Of a stretch of 45,077 nt of DNA, positions 1 through 10,592 are shown in pieces. The position numbers and the translations under genes were made by a program. The notes under the pieces are model-generated. The model searched no databases. It saw only the letters and a program-made list of their open reading frames with translations, and had not been told where the DNA came from. The stretch is from positions 1 to 45,077 of the forward strand of contig JAUCBJ010004828.1 in NCBI GenBank assembly GCA_032718475.1, given 5' to 3'. Source of the stretch: Nemertoderma westbladi (lineage: Eukaryota; Animalia; Xenacoelomorpha). Every line of letters begins with the position of its first letter. Position 1 is the stretch's first letter.

Positions 1-167
1 TTAGTTTGATAGTGAAAACTTAGTAGGTATATATTAAAATACCATATACACCGTTCATATTATATTTATTAAGTAATATTTAAATCATAGTGTAATGCTG
101 ACACATTTAGTTACAGAAAGCCGTGAAAAAGGGTTGCGATACATTCCGATTCTCGATCTTTCTGGAG

Positions 168-923
168 CTACTTTGTAATAGTAGTCGACTTCAGCAGATT
201 ATTTAAGGCGTCCACGGTTGGGATCTGCTTTGCTGGGGTCTCTCTGTCGTATTTGACATATACGTTTCCATTTCGGGAGTATGCGGAGTGGAGCAGTTGT
301 TTTCTCTTGGCGTCCGTCGCCTTATTGAGAATGGCAGCGCGCTGTGGGATCAGGTTCTCTGTGAAGTAGAGCCCCTTCATTTGTTCCGGGTGGTCTTTCT
401 TGGGGACATAGAGCAGTTGGTTCCTTTGGGCGTGTCCGATAAATCGTATAATTATGGGTCGGTTGCTATTGTCTCGTTTAGCTCCCACACGGTGGACGAT
501 GTCGATCTGGCCTGTTGTGATGCCATACCTTGAGTGCGATAAAAGCTTCTCGACAAATTGTCGGTCATTAGCTGTTTCGCTAACCGGTCGGTCCTCTTTA
601 AGTCCGTGTAGAAGTATGGTATTGCGTCGAGTGTATTGTTCGAGGTCCTCGTGAGATTTTTTAAGGGTTTGAAGCTCTTCTTTAAGGATAGTATTCTCGT
701 ATTTCACTTCAGCGACTTCCTCAGTAAGGTTAGTTAGTTTATCGATTTTGTCGTTCAATACCGAAATCTCCCTTTTGAATTCTCTACTAAGGTCAGCGAT
801 TAGGGTTTCAATCGATGAATTTCCCGAGTAGTCGGTTCCACCCTGTTCACCATCTGTATCATCACCGTTTGCCGGATGCGGGGATGGTCCAGTATTTCTG
901 TTACCAGATCGTGGGCGCGGCAT
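168..923 (-). CDS. LINE ORF1 protein (coiled coil + RRM + CTD, CR1/L2-group type); the element continues off the left window edge
   Basis: 251-aa ORF with a heptad-rich coiled coil followed by typical ORF1p motifs LEQYTRRNTILLHGLKE, IDIVHRVG, RPIIIRF, LYFTENL and AYSRNGNVYVK. Confidence 0.8.
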   Translation of the reverse strand: MPRPRSGNRNTGPSPHPANGDDTDGEQGGTDYSGNSSIETLIADLSREFKREISVLNDKIDKLTNLTEEVAEVKYENTILKEELQTLKKSHEDLEQYTRRNTILLHGLKEDRPVSETANDRQFVEKLLSHSRYGITTGQIDIVHRVGAKRDNSNRPIIIRFIGHAQRNQLLYVPKKDHPEQMKGLYFTENLIPQRAAILNKATDAKRKQLLHSAYSRNGNVYVKYDRETPAKQIPTVDALNNLLKSTTITK

Positions 924-1111
924 TGCAAAACTGTATGATTATTCAATGTAGTTTTCACTGTGACACCGACACTCAGTTGTTGTTGTATACGGTAGCTTTA
1001 AATATTTGTGAGTCAGTCTATTGCCAGAGTAAAACAGGGGTTAGGCCATTAAACCATTACCGGTAAGCAATATAGCAGTACACTGATACGCAGTATGCTG
1101 TTACCCAAACT

Positions 1112-1590
1112 ATTTATGACGATCCGATGGAGGCACTCGCCTATCGCGATTGGTCGTACCCTGGCTGCATGAGCCAACTGGACAAGAGAGTCCACGTTGA
1201 CTTCCACGGTAGAACGGTGTTCACCATGCTGCGAGTGATTCCAGCAATGCCCTCGCGGAGGTGCTCACTGTGAGCCCCAAATCTAAGCAGGTAATCCTGC
1301 CAGTGTGTGGAATCAGATCCGGCAGGGCCTGCTCCTCTGATGGATAGCAGATTCTATGTGGGCTCCAGTTATATTAACATTGATACGTACTGGAAAGTCG
1401 CCATCATGGTCCAACAGAGATTTTCCGGGGGTTGGTACTGCTGAGGGGTGCTTGCTTCGTAGCGCTTCAAGAACACTTACATTGCAGCCACCTTTGTCAA
1501 TGTTGTTGCTGGGATCCATGACACCACCCGACTCCCGGCCCATCACCCATCGAACCGTACTCCGAACTTTGCCCTCAATCATAAGGTGAG
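1112..1590 (-). pseudogene. Decayed CRE-like non-LTR retrotransposon ORF, start of RT domain (part downstream of the element A insertion)
   Basis: The minus strand reads LMIEGKVRSTVRW..VLEALRSKHP..GPAGSD..W.DYLLRFGAHSEHLRE..VRPIAIGECLHRI, with frameshifts. RPIAIGE is characteristic of CRE-clade RTs. Confidence 0.7.
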
Positions 1591-2847
1591 TGTACGCGCT
1601 TTTGGAAGACCTTTAGCAGTTTAACCTGCCAAAATTTATATGTCTTTTGGTTTATAAATCGACTCTAGAAGATGACAATATTTAATACCAATAAACACAA
1701 CATTAGCAGAAGCCAGCCCAGTGCGCGTCCATTCACCCGCTGGATAATCCCGGGAGACTGGATTCTGTCGGCTTAGATTATTATTGCAGTGAAGATTACG
1801 GTATTGTATTATTCGATTGATCGTTAATAATTAATTTCTGACTAATATTATTCACTTTCGGGAAATATTAACAGTTCCTTTTAGGACGTGGCGCTCTATC
1901 TAAGTAAACAGAGATATGACTTATACTAATCACAACGGTAAGTCGGTAAGGCTTATGATTCACGTATGAGGCGCATTCTTTAGGAAATGCTTAGTTATCA
2001 GCCACAATCATGCACACTACCGGTAACGCACAATACTGCTCACTAATTTGCCGACCGTCAATGAATTTTATCATATATAAAGAGAATAGCAACGGACTCA
2101 TGTAGGGCTTATCAAATAGCATTAAATTCAATACACACCACAATAATACAAGTCGCAATCGCTATATATATAACCCGCCTCTCTAACCTGTAGTGTATCA
2201 AGAAAATTGGGAAATTTGGGTTCTTTATAAATGTTCTCCAAATAATATTCAATCCACTGATATAAGATATGACAACAGTAAAACATTAAGACGGTAGGTT
2301 AAGATATGATATGCACTGATATGGACCGATATGTGAGTTGTTATGAACCGTGAATTGATAACAGTCATACGCTCTATAATCTTAAGCCTACTAATGTTTC
2401 TTTCTAGAGCCGTTGTTTCTGGCCTAGACAGCAATAACAACAAAGTATCAGTAAAAAACTGTAAGACTGAACAATCCCAGTATGATCGGCTCAAAGCTCC
2501 ACATCGACAGAGATAATCGCTCTGATTGGCTGAAGCCAAACAAAGAACCATGCGTCCAATGGCTGTTTCCATTTAAGCAACCAGCTGCTAGATGTCGTAA
2601 TCTGAATCATCACGGCTAAGCTGTGTAAAAGTATTTGCCGTATTGCGGGTTTTTTGCCTTACCATGTCCGCTAAAACACGTATATAGCAGAATGACTTTT
2701 ATGTCCGTTAAAACACCTGTAACGGTACCTTGCGGGCGAGGGGAATATATATACAGTTAGAGAACCTTTTTTAGAGTATTCCAGCGCCTGGAGGGAAACT
2801 GGATTGCGAAGCAAAGGGGCCAGTTATATCCCAGAGAAGCTTTTACA
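1591..2847 (-). repeat. 3' LTR of element A
   Basis: TGTACGCG...TTTTACA. Matches 12460-13716 with only about six substitutions seen by eye. Confidence 0.95.
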
Positions 2848-2855
2848 CCGCTCCC
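2848..2855 (-). other. Polypurine tract of element A (GGGAGCGG on -)
   Basis: G-rich 8-mer directly 5' of the 3' LTR on the minus strand; short and has one pyrimidine. Confidence 0.6.
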
Positions 2856-2873
2856 AGAAAATGGGATTTGAGT

Positions 2874-3872
2874 CTATAAAATATACAAAATCACAGTTTC
2901 TAATATACGTAAATACTCTAAACAGTTAGTCTTTCTTGCGCGGACGGCGTTTACGCAGTTTTTTAAAGCTAGCCAGAGTCCTTTCTCTTTGGGGCGAGCC
3001 ACTTTACAAGGAGGGCTATAACTCCTGGGTGAAGGGTGCAATATGATTGCATCAGAGGGTGTAGGATTATGGTCGGTGTATCCGTCAGTCGAAGTACCGG
3101 GTTGATTGACATCAACGTCAGGTGAGAGGGGTCTAACGGCTTTGAGAGCTCGTTTCAAGACAGCCGCTCTTACGGGTCTTTTACGAGTGGTCTGAACGAG
3201 GGCCGTGGGTGGACCATAGGCAGTTAGAAACTTCCGGGGTTTAATGGTCCTTTCCAACTCGCGTTCGCGGGCTCGGTATTCGTAAGGCCGTCGATATACT
3301 TCCTGTAACTCGGGGTGTGAGTTAACAAACAAGTCTCCATAGTCCGGATCCTGACGGATATAATTGATTAAGTTATAGGAATGAAGGTCGCGAGGATTAA
3401 CACTCCTGAGAAATTTGCGTACGAATTTGGTTGAAATACATTCTCCGACGCGCTTCAGTAGCTCGTAACTTGATATGCGTGATTTCTGTTCAACCGAAGC
3501 GAATAGATAAGGATGGAACGCATAAACTCCTTCGTAAGCGCGTCCGGGATAATAGCGATGGCGCGAATCACAATGTAAATCAACGTTCGCTTCCCAAGCT
3601 CTGATGTAACGCAGTGTGATCATTTCATCTACGCTTTCCAAATCGTGATTAAAAGGGCAGTCGAAACTAGCATGTCCCTTTAGTTGATAATGGTGACATT
3701 GAGTCATAAACCGAGGGCAAACCGCAAAGATATGCAGGTTATTGAGTCTGCAATATGCGCAATAATATCGGTTGCTCTTGGAAATAGGAACAGCGGACGT
3801 TGGTGTCCATGGGCGTATCGTGGTCTCTCGATGCGCATAACCGACAACGTTGCCTAGAAACACAGCTGGCAT
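2874..3872 (-). CDS. Accessory ORF of element A with Cys/His zinc-knuckle-like motifs, function unknown
   Basis: 332-aa ORF on the same strand as gag, ending just before the PPT. Contains CAYCRLNNLHIFAVC and CHHYQLKGHASFDC. Confidence 0.55.
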   Translation of the reverse strand: MPAVFLGNVVGYAHRETTIRPWTPTSAVPISKSNRYYCAYCRLNNLHIFAVCPRFMTQCHHYQLKGHASFDCPFNHDLESVDEMITLRYIRAWEANVDLHCDSRHRYYPGRAYEGVYAFHPYLFASVEQKSRISSYELLKRVGECISTKFVRKFLRSVNPRDLHSYNLINYIRQDPDYGDLFVNSHPELQEVYRRPYEYRARERELERTIKPRKFLTAYGPPTALVQTTRKRPVRAAVLKRALKAVRPLSPDVDVNQPGTSTDGYTDHNPTPSDAIILHPSPRSYSPPCKVARPKEKGLWLALKNCVNAVRARKTNCLEYLRILETVILYIL

Positions 3873-3966
3873 GTCGATAATCGTACGCAGTGAGACACTG
3901 TGGACCTTGATACCATTCTAGGATGTAATCGTTGTCGCTGTTCCGAGCGCGATAGGCTGAATCTCC

Positions 3967-4365
3967 TCAGATTCTAGGCATATTGGTTCGTCTTCCCAGT
4001 CTGTTACGAATAGAATTTTCGTGATCTATTCTCGGTTTATCGTTCCGACTCCGCTGGGTATGATATTTAAATAGAACCATTTCCCTTTCGGTGTCTACAT
4101 CGTCCGTATCATGTAAATCGATAGGATGGCCGGTAGTTAGGAAGTCCATATACGTACTATTACGATGCGTATAGCGCGCGGTGGATTTTCGATAGTCCAA
4201 TTCACGCGCAAGTTGCTCTTGGGACATCGGCGGTTCGATATAACGACCATCGTCCTCCGTAATGGTTGGATCGGCTTCACCGCGTATTAAGCTATCCACA
4301 AATGCTTGCAAAGGTAGAGTATATCGCTCCTTGATACCAAGATCATCTTCTATCAACTCCGTCAT
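3967..4365 (-). CDS. Accessory ORF of element A (132 aa), possibly the N-terminal part of the zinc-knuckle ORF
   Basis: ATG-initiated with coding-like composition directly after an AT-rich spacer. The frame stays open for about 75 codons past the TGA stop. Confidence 0.45.
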   Translation of the reverse strand: MTELIEDDLGIKERYTLPLQAFVDSLIRGEADPTITEDDGRYIEPPMSQEQLARELDYRKSTARYTHRNSTYMDFLTTGHPIDLHDTDDVDTEREMVLFKYHTQRSRNDKPRIDHENSIRNRLGRRTNMPRI

Positions 4366-5185
4366 ATCTGCTATCTGAGTTTGTTAATATCGAAATGAGT
4401 TTATGTTTAGGCGAGCGGACGTCGCTGCCCACCTCTCTTTGCCCCCGGACAGTGGGATCCTCAGCGCCGATGTACCGTTGTCGCGGTGTTTACGCCAACA
4501 TGTAGCAACATTACGACAACGATAACCGGCACAAGTCACTCCACTGTCCGTCCCAAAGGCTTGAATCCACTTTAGGTTCTTTCTATAGGAGAGTTGGGTT
4601 ACTTTCACAATTGCGACTAGCTACTGTAAACACACCTTAGCAGTAACATTCACCTACAAACGCACAAATTCCACACAACTGTCACCAATTGTACACATAC
4701 AGGCCATTTGTCCGTTAGTCAGTGCCTTCCAGAATGTCACGTTATTACTGTGTATCCTTGGATACTAACAGTGTGCTATATTCTCTATGCTATGCAATGG
4801 GATAAGCTTTTTATTGTTCTTTTAACTTGCTTCTAATTCTAGCGTGGGTGTTGCTATGGTGACATTATGGAATGCTAGCGGTAGAATTAGGGTAATTCTC
4901 ATGCATACAGATCTGGGATGCTATTTAATAATAATTCTTTAATTGTCAATATCCTCTTTATGCATGATTTTATTCATTTTATCGGCTATTGACTATATGT
5001 TGGAGATTCTCGCACTCTAATACACTCAATAGGATGAATCTCCGCTCCCATGATCTATTAATTAATGGAATTTTGGGAATGTTATAAATTGTACAAAATG
5101 ACAATTTATGAAATTCATTTAAAATATGAATTTAAATTTATTCCCGTGAATTTTATTATTTGATGTTAAAATTGACATAAGTTGA

Positions 5186-5470
5186 TTCCAGAGCAGGTCT
5201 GGGGACATAGGATCCTTAATTCTATGAAATTTGTCTTTTAAGAGTATCGGTAAGTGCTACGATATCTTAATCGACTAGAATTGTTAACGGATCTGAATTT
5301 TACAGATTTTACTAAATATTAAATTAATATTTAAGATGGGCACCGATTTATTCCAGAGCTTGTCTGGGGACGTTAACCACTGATTCTAGAATTTGTCTTT
5401 CAAGTATATCGGTGGGTGCCGCGATATCTTAATCGACTAGAATTACAGATGGTCAAAAAGTTTAACAGAT
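5186..5470. repeat. Diverged tandem duplication (about 165-bp unit, 2 copies) in the element A spacer
   Basis: TTCCAGAGC..TCTGGGGAC..AATTTGTCTTT..GATATCTTAATCGACTAGAATT occurs twice. Confidence 0.75.
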
Positions 5471-5994
5471 TTATTTGCGTTTTACGCTACTGTTAGAGGG
5501 ACATCACGCTACTTTAAGTATTATTTAATATAAGGTAGAAGAGCAATATCGCACGAAGCAATGTCAGTGTGAAGAGGCAAGTCGTTTCCAAGGTCTACCC
5601 AGAGCTTGGTTTAGCCGAGACACGAGGATCTGAACTTTGCATTCCTAATACTCTGCCTACCAATAATACTTAAATATAGTAGTGGCTTTATTGTACTTTA
5701 ATAAGTACTGACATGTCATCTTACTATAGTCTCGCATTTATAATATAATACGGACAGTAAGGAAAGAAAAAAATAATTATTTCTTGCCGTCGCACTAAAT
5801 ATATATTATAAGTAATTACGTACGTAATAAACACTAATATATTGCACTAATCTACTAAATAATCGCTAAAATAACATTCTACTAAATAAAATTAAAGAAA
5901 ACGATTATAATAAAATTACGTAATAATACATACATAAATATAAAATAAAAAACAAATATAAAATGATATAGTCACACACCCACTCCATATGTTA

Positions 5995-8900
5995 TTACGT
6001 TATGGAGTCCCTAGATATTTGTCGGATTAGGGAAGTGGTCGTAGGAAGAGTATCTTGCCTTCCATAGTTTCCGGACAGTTTTTGGTCTCTTTCCAGTAAA
6101 CATAAACGACCAGCTGGGTGATTGGGTTGTCGTGTTACTTTCTCCGCTCCCTTGGCCTGTCTACTCTCCGCCGTGGTAAGATGAGGAAGCCATTCATCTT
6201 CTTCTTTACTTAGGGAGTCGGGTCCACCTAACCAGCCGGGAGTATCTATCCGTTCTTGAGGAGTCGCTCCTCTGGAAGCGATGTCGGCTAGATTAATCAT
6301 CTCGGGGCGATGTCTCCATTGATCTTCATTGGAGTTAATATCGTCATTATCTGAGGAGTATGGTGTTCCCTCAGTTAGTTCGTCCACTTCACTGCTCTCC
6401 ACTTCCCAACCATTTATCTGGCATATTCTTTCTGGTGGTAGTCTCTCTTCGAGAGTTCTGCGGGAAGGGCCAGTAAAGTACCAACCTACTCTAGTTCTTA
6501 CCGCATAGGTTTGCAGTGGCTGCGGTTGAGCAGGTCGTTTTTCCAATGTCTCGAGCGCCTCGTGCGCGTTTTGGCCGATAAGTATTTGCATTCCAGGATA
6601 ATCCGTCTGGAATCGAGGTATTTTAAGTTGTTGGATGCTCTTGTCCTCGTACCAGTTATAAGGCTCTACTTGGGTATTAGCGAAGTTCTTTATAGCTACC
6701 ATTTTTACTGACCTTATACTTTGTTCTCCTAATTTATCCTGTGGGGTGGACAACGCACCTACATAGTAATCTGCCGTTATGGTAGATTTCCAAACCTGTA
6801 TAACTCCTGACATATTTAACTTAGTTCGGAATTTGGGTTGTCCAGCAAAGATGTCTTCGGCTAATTCTTGATCGATGAATGTTCCTGTACTGCCGGAGTC
6901 AAGGAGGGCATTCACTATGTAACTTTTGTTAGGACCCTGAACTCTTACCTGCACTACAGGAAATTCTCTGATTCCTACGTTGGAAGTTGAAGGTTTCCAG
7001 GATGGTTGTCTGTCAAAGTTAGTTGGGGAGAACTCATTGTCGGTGTCCTTTTCGTAAGTAAGTGCTCGATACACTGCGGTATTTATTAGGTAACAGGATT
7101 CGTTGGCGTCGGAGAATTCGTCCGTATAGAATCCTTCCCACTCAGAACTTTGGTCAGTGTCGTTCACATCACTGAATTGGACATGTGATTTGGGCTCACT
7201 TACCTGACTCGGGCTGTTTCGTTCGAATTCCGTGTGCAACAAGCTATGATGTTCCGCGCCGCACTTAGCACACCTTGCGTCAGAGTAACAGGTTCGCCGC
7301 TGGTGTCCGCGTCTGAGACAGTTATAGCATAACCGCTTATCCCACATGACTTCACGTCTGTCTACCAGGGATTTCTTTAGGAATTCCGCACACGCACTCA
7401 AACGGTGGGGCCCATCGCACAGCGCACATTTTGGTTTAATGTTACTCACTTTACCTTGGGTAACGTTATGCACTCTCGTTCTTTCTTCGGGCTTTCTTCC
7501 GTGTACTCTGTTAGGAGACTGAGGAGGAGTCTTAGCAACCTGTTCTCTCCTGTCATGGGTTCGAGCTTTAGATTTACTTACGTCCTTTGAGGTCTTGTTA
7601 ACATAGTAAAATTTCTCGGTGTCTTTCCCGCTGTCTTCTTCTTGAGAAGCTTGGCTTTCGCCGTCGTCAGTATAACACACTGGTATTATCCTTCTCCTAG
7701 AAACGGGTTTCTCACTTACCTTATTTTCCGATGTTTTCTCTCTGGACTGCTTTATGAGTTGTAATTTTACTTCACTATCTAAGAAGGACATGAGATCAGC
7801 CATGGTAGGGCTTCGTCGTTGTTGTTCATTCATGTACAACACTTTCTTGTCCCAGCGCGTACATACTCCACCCTTTGGTAAAGTAGAGACTACGGCTCCA
7901 ATGACCATGGAACTCTGATATTCATGCGACTTACCAAACCAGTCCAGTTGTCTACAGATCTCTTGAATTTCATCGGAAAACTCTATAATCCCGCTACTAA
8001 GGAAGTGTCGGGGGGCTACTAATTTTGCATACAAATACTTAGCTATGTTATCCTTGTTACCATACCTGATGTTTAATGTATCCCAAACTTGTCTTAATCC
8101 ATCTGGATGTCCAATAAACTTTAACGCCATTAACTTGGGAGGTCCTTCCAAGCACTTGATGAGGAATCTAAGTTTCTCTCCGTTAGATAGTACAGAGTTC
8201 TGTATGCTATCTTTGTAATATTCGTTGAAAGGTAACCATTTCATCTCATCTCCATTGAATTTGACGATCTCTCCCACTTTGACCGCTTGGCGGGCTTCTG
8301 TTCTAGCCATCTGACGCGTAAAGCTTTCTTGGGCCATCGTGTTATTTAATATCGAATTATCGGTATATAAATTTATCGGATCATTATCAGGTCTATAGGG
8401 AATATCATTAATAACAGGTCTATAATCACCCTTAATAGGGTTTGCTATAGGAGTTTCAACTTCACTAGCAGTATAGATGCGTGTAGGCTCCACACCTTGC
8501 GCATGTAATACTTCAGACCTAACAGGTTGACACAATGTTACAGGGGGTATTGGTATGCCCTTTTGTATATTGACTAATTTGTCGCGTTCTAGCGCGATAC
8601 TTTGCTGCACTTCTTGCAACTCTGCTCTACCTTCTCTCACTGTTCCCTTAAGTTGGTGGACAGTCTCCTGCATTTGTCCTAGCAGGAGATTCATCCCCCG
8701 CCGTCCCTCTTCCACCCACTCAACCACCGAAGCGGGAGTCGCCAACATAGTAGCGGGCTGACGCGGGACGACGGGAGACAAATTTTTGATTTCTCTCTCT
8801 GCTATCTGGACAGGGATATTCCCTTGGACTGCTCCACCGGGTACAGGCAGTGTAGTACTATGTAAAGAGAATTTAGAGTTAAGCTCTGGAAGTACAGGGG

Positions 8901-10212
8901 TCTCTAACACAGAAGTGACTTTGGGAACGACAGGCCTAATTATCTCAGGCTCATCAACTATTGTAGAGAGTCTTTGGACCTTAATACTTTGGGCTGTAGG
9001 TTCTATACTACTCAAGTCTGTGCTAGCTAGCTGTCTTCTAACAGCTGGGGGCAAATCAGGCAATTTGCGACGGTAAGATGTTTTTCTACGCCTACTTAGA
9101 TGGGATCTATTTCCTCCGCCTTCAGGATCGGTAGTATCGCCTTCCTCCGAGGATGTGTATCCCTGGCGCTTGGGAGTAGATTTTCTCATCATCTGCATCT
9201 GATTAGCAGTAAACTGTTTATTTATACTGTCTTGCGTCTCTTGCAGATTTTCCAACTCTAGTTGGATAGTCTCCTCAGACGCTCTCCGTTCTGCTTCTGC
9301 CACTGTTGCCTTTCTTTCGGCTTCCGCCGCTTTTCTTTCTGCTTCTGCTTCTGCCGCTTTTGCCTTTCTTTCGGCTTCTGCTTCTGCCGCTTTTGCCTTT
9401 CTTTCGGCTTCTGCTTCTTTTTTTTCTGCTTCTGCTTCCGCCGCCGCTGCTGCTGCTACCTTTCTTTTCTCTATCAGTTCTTTCTTTACTTGTTCTTCTT
9501 GGACTCTAACGAGGCGGAGTTTTTCATCACATTCAGCTTGGTTTGCAGCTAACATTTCAGCATCGATTGAGTCCAACACAAGCTTGGTTCCTTCACTATT
9601 AGGGGAAAGTCCAGACAGCCGTCTCCTCAACTCTTCGTCTCCTAGGAATCGCTGATAGTCGGACAAATAAATGTCGATAGCGTCTCTAGTTCGCGGCTTC
9701 TCTGCTGATGTTAATTCGCTTTCCACTTCGCTTTCCACCTCGCTTTCCACTTCGCTTTCCACCTCACTTTCCACTTCGCTTTCCACCTCACTTTCCACTT
9801 GAGAAGAAGTGGCGTCGGTTGATTCTTCATAGGTTGGCCGCTCATCATAAACCGTATCCGCCATCTTCGCTCCGCGTTCGGGCGTCCGCTCAACAGTATC
9901 CGAACTACTGGAGCTATCGGGCCGCTGAGAACTAGGTTCTTGGCTAGGAGGTTGCTGCTGTTTTATAGCTTCTTCTTGATCCCGCTTGACTTGGGCCCGA
10001 GTGCCTATGGCAGACCAACGGCGCTTCACTAACTTCGCAAATTGCGAAATCTTTTCTACCAACCTAGGTTCTGACACAACCACTGCAGGGGTTGCCCTTC
10101 TTACAGTATGAGGGGTTTCAGACCTCGGTCTGGGATTCTCTACACTTTGATCTGAGAAACAGGCTGTTGTTTCTAGGAGACTATCTGACAGAGTTTGCCT
10201 TGTGTCAGCCAT
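5995..10212 (-). CDS. BEL/Pao Gag-protease polyprotein (1405 aa) with in-frame loss of RT, most of RNase H and integrase
   Basis: Contains a DUF1759-like capsid region (KFNGDEMKWLPF..EKLRFLIKCLEG..L..RYG), triple Cys/His knuckles (CALCDGPHRLSAC, CYNCLRRGHQRRTC, CAKCGAEHHSLLH) and an aspartic protease site LLDSGS. After that only NLADIASRG..W..GP..L and PAGRLCLL remnants remain. No YVDD or DDE region. Confidence 0.9.
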   Translation of the reverse strand: MADTRQTLSDSLLETTACFSDQSVENPRPRSETPHTVRRATPAVVVSEPRLVEKISQFAKLVKRRWSAIGTRAQVKRDQEEAIKQQQPPSQEPSSQRPDSSSSSDTVERTPERGAKMADTVYDERPTYEESTDATSSQVESEVESEVESEVESEVESEVESEVESELTSAEKPRTRDAIDIYLSDYQRFLGDEELRRRLSGLSPNSEGTKLVLDSIDAEMLAANQAECDEKLRLVRVQEEQVKKELIEKRKVAAAAAAEAEAEKKEAEAERKAKAAEAEAERKAKAAEAEAERKAAEAERKATVAEAERRASEETIQLELENLQETQDSINKQFTANQMQMMRKSTPKRQGYTSSEEGDTTDPEGGGNRSHLSRRRKTSYRRKLPDLPPAVRRQLASTDLSSIEPTAQSIKVQRLSTIVDEPEIIRPVVPKVTSVLETPVLPELNSKFSLHSTTLPVPGGAVQGNIPVQIAEREIKNLSPVVPRQPATMLATPASVVEWVEEGRRGMNLLLGQMQETVHQLKGTVREGRAELQEVQQSIALERDKLVNIQKGIPIPPVTLCQPVRSEVLHAQGVEPTRIYTASEVETPIANPIKGDYRPVINDIPYRPDNDPINLYTDNSILNNTMAQESFTRQMARTEARQAVKVGEIVKFNGDEMKWLPFNEYYKDSIQNSVLSNGEKLRFLIKCLEGPPKLMALKFIGHPDGLRQVWDTLNIRYGNKDNIAKYLYAKLVAPRHFLSSGIIEFSDEIQEICRQLDWFGKSHEYQSSMVIGAVVSTLPKGGVCTRWDKKVLYMNEQQRRSPTMADLMSFLDSEVKLQLIKQSREKTSENKVSEKPVSRRRIIPVCYTDDGESQASQEEDSGKDTEKFYYVNKTSKDVSKSKARTHDRREQVAKTPPQSPNRVHGRKPEERTRVHNVTQGKVSNIKPKCALCDGPHRLSACAEFLKKSLVDRREVMWDKRLCYNCLRRGHQRRTCYSDARCAKCGAEHHSLLHTEFERNSPSQVSEPKSHVQFSDVNDTDQSSEWEGFYTDEFSDANESCYLINTAVYRALTYEKDTDNEFSPTNFDRQPSWKPSTSNVGIREFPVVQVRVQGPNKSYIVNALLDSGSTGTFIDQELAEDIFAGQPKFRTKLNMSGVIQVWKSTITADYYVGALSTPQDKLGEQSIRSVKMVAIKNFANTQVEPYNWYEDKSIQQLKIPRFQTDYPGMQILIGQNAHEALETLEKRPAQPQPLQTYAVRTRVGWYFTGPSRRTLEERLPPERICQINGWEVESSEVDELTEGTPYSSDNDDINSNEDQWRHRPEMINLADIASRGATPQERIDTPGWLGGPDSLSKEEDEWLPHLTTAESRQAKGAEKVTRQPNHPAGRLCLLERDQKLSGNYGRQDTLPTTTSLIRQISRDSIT
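9290..9460 (-). repeat. Coding repeat (AEAERKAKA)n in gag
   Basis: Roughly 30-bp units encoding a charged helical tract. Confidence 0.8.
9716..9800 (-). repeat. Coding 12-bp repeat (ESEV)n in gag
   Basis: About 7 copies of CTTTCCAC(T/C)TC(G/A). Confidence 0.85.
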
Positions 10213-10344
10213 GTTTGATTGTACAGTTGAATGCCTACTGCTATATTACAGTTAAAGCAAGTCTAGTAATTCAGTATCACTGTTAGCCTAGTAATTAATT
10301 ACCGATACTGCTACTCAGTGTAGCGTGATATATATATAATATAT

Positions 10345-10592
10345 TAGAATACCGGTATGCTTATAATATATATAAGTATTATTACAGACTAGATTTGTCA
10401 CAGAGTACCGGTATATAATTTTAGCACAAATATATATAAATATATAATAGGCCTATCGTGAATACCGGTATACAGCCTACACTTATAGTATATAAGTATA
10501 ATTCTGGACTATAATTAATTACAGAGTACCGGTATGATTTCAGCACAAATTTATAGAAATAAATATAATAAGCCTATGGTAAATACCGGTAT
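10345..10592. repeat. About 120-bp tandem repeat in the element A leader
   Basis: AATACCGGTAT..ACAGAGTACCGGTAT..AGCACAAAT occurs twice plus a partial third copy. Confidence 0.7.

Noticed and set aside
2249-2572. 107-aa ORF and its copy at 13118-13363
   Set aside because: It lies inside the LTR, has no recognisable domain, and its upstream part is not kept open in the second LTR.
9262-9935. Cys/Phe/Leu/Pro-rich + strand ORFs
   Set aside because: They are antisense translations of gag coding repeats.
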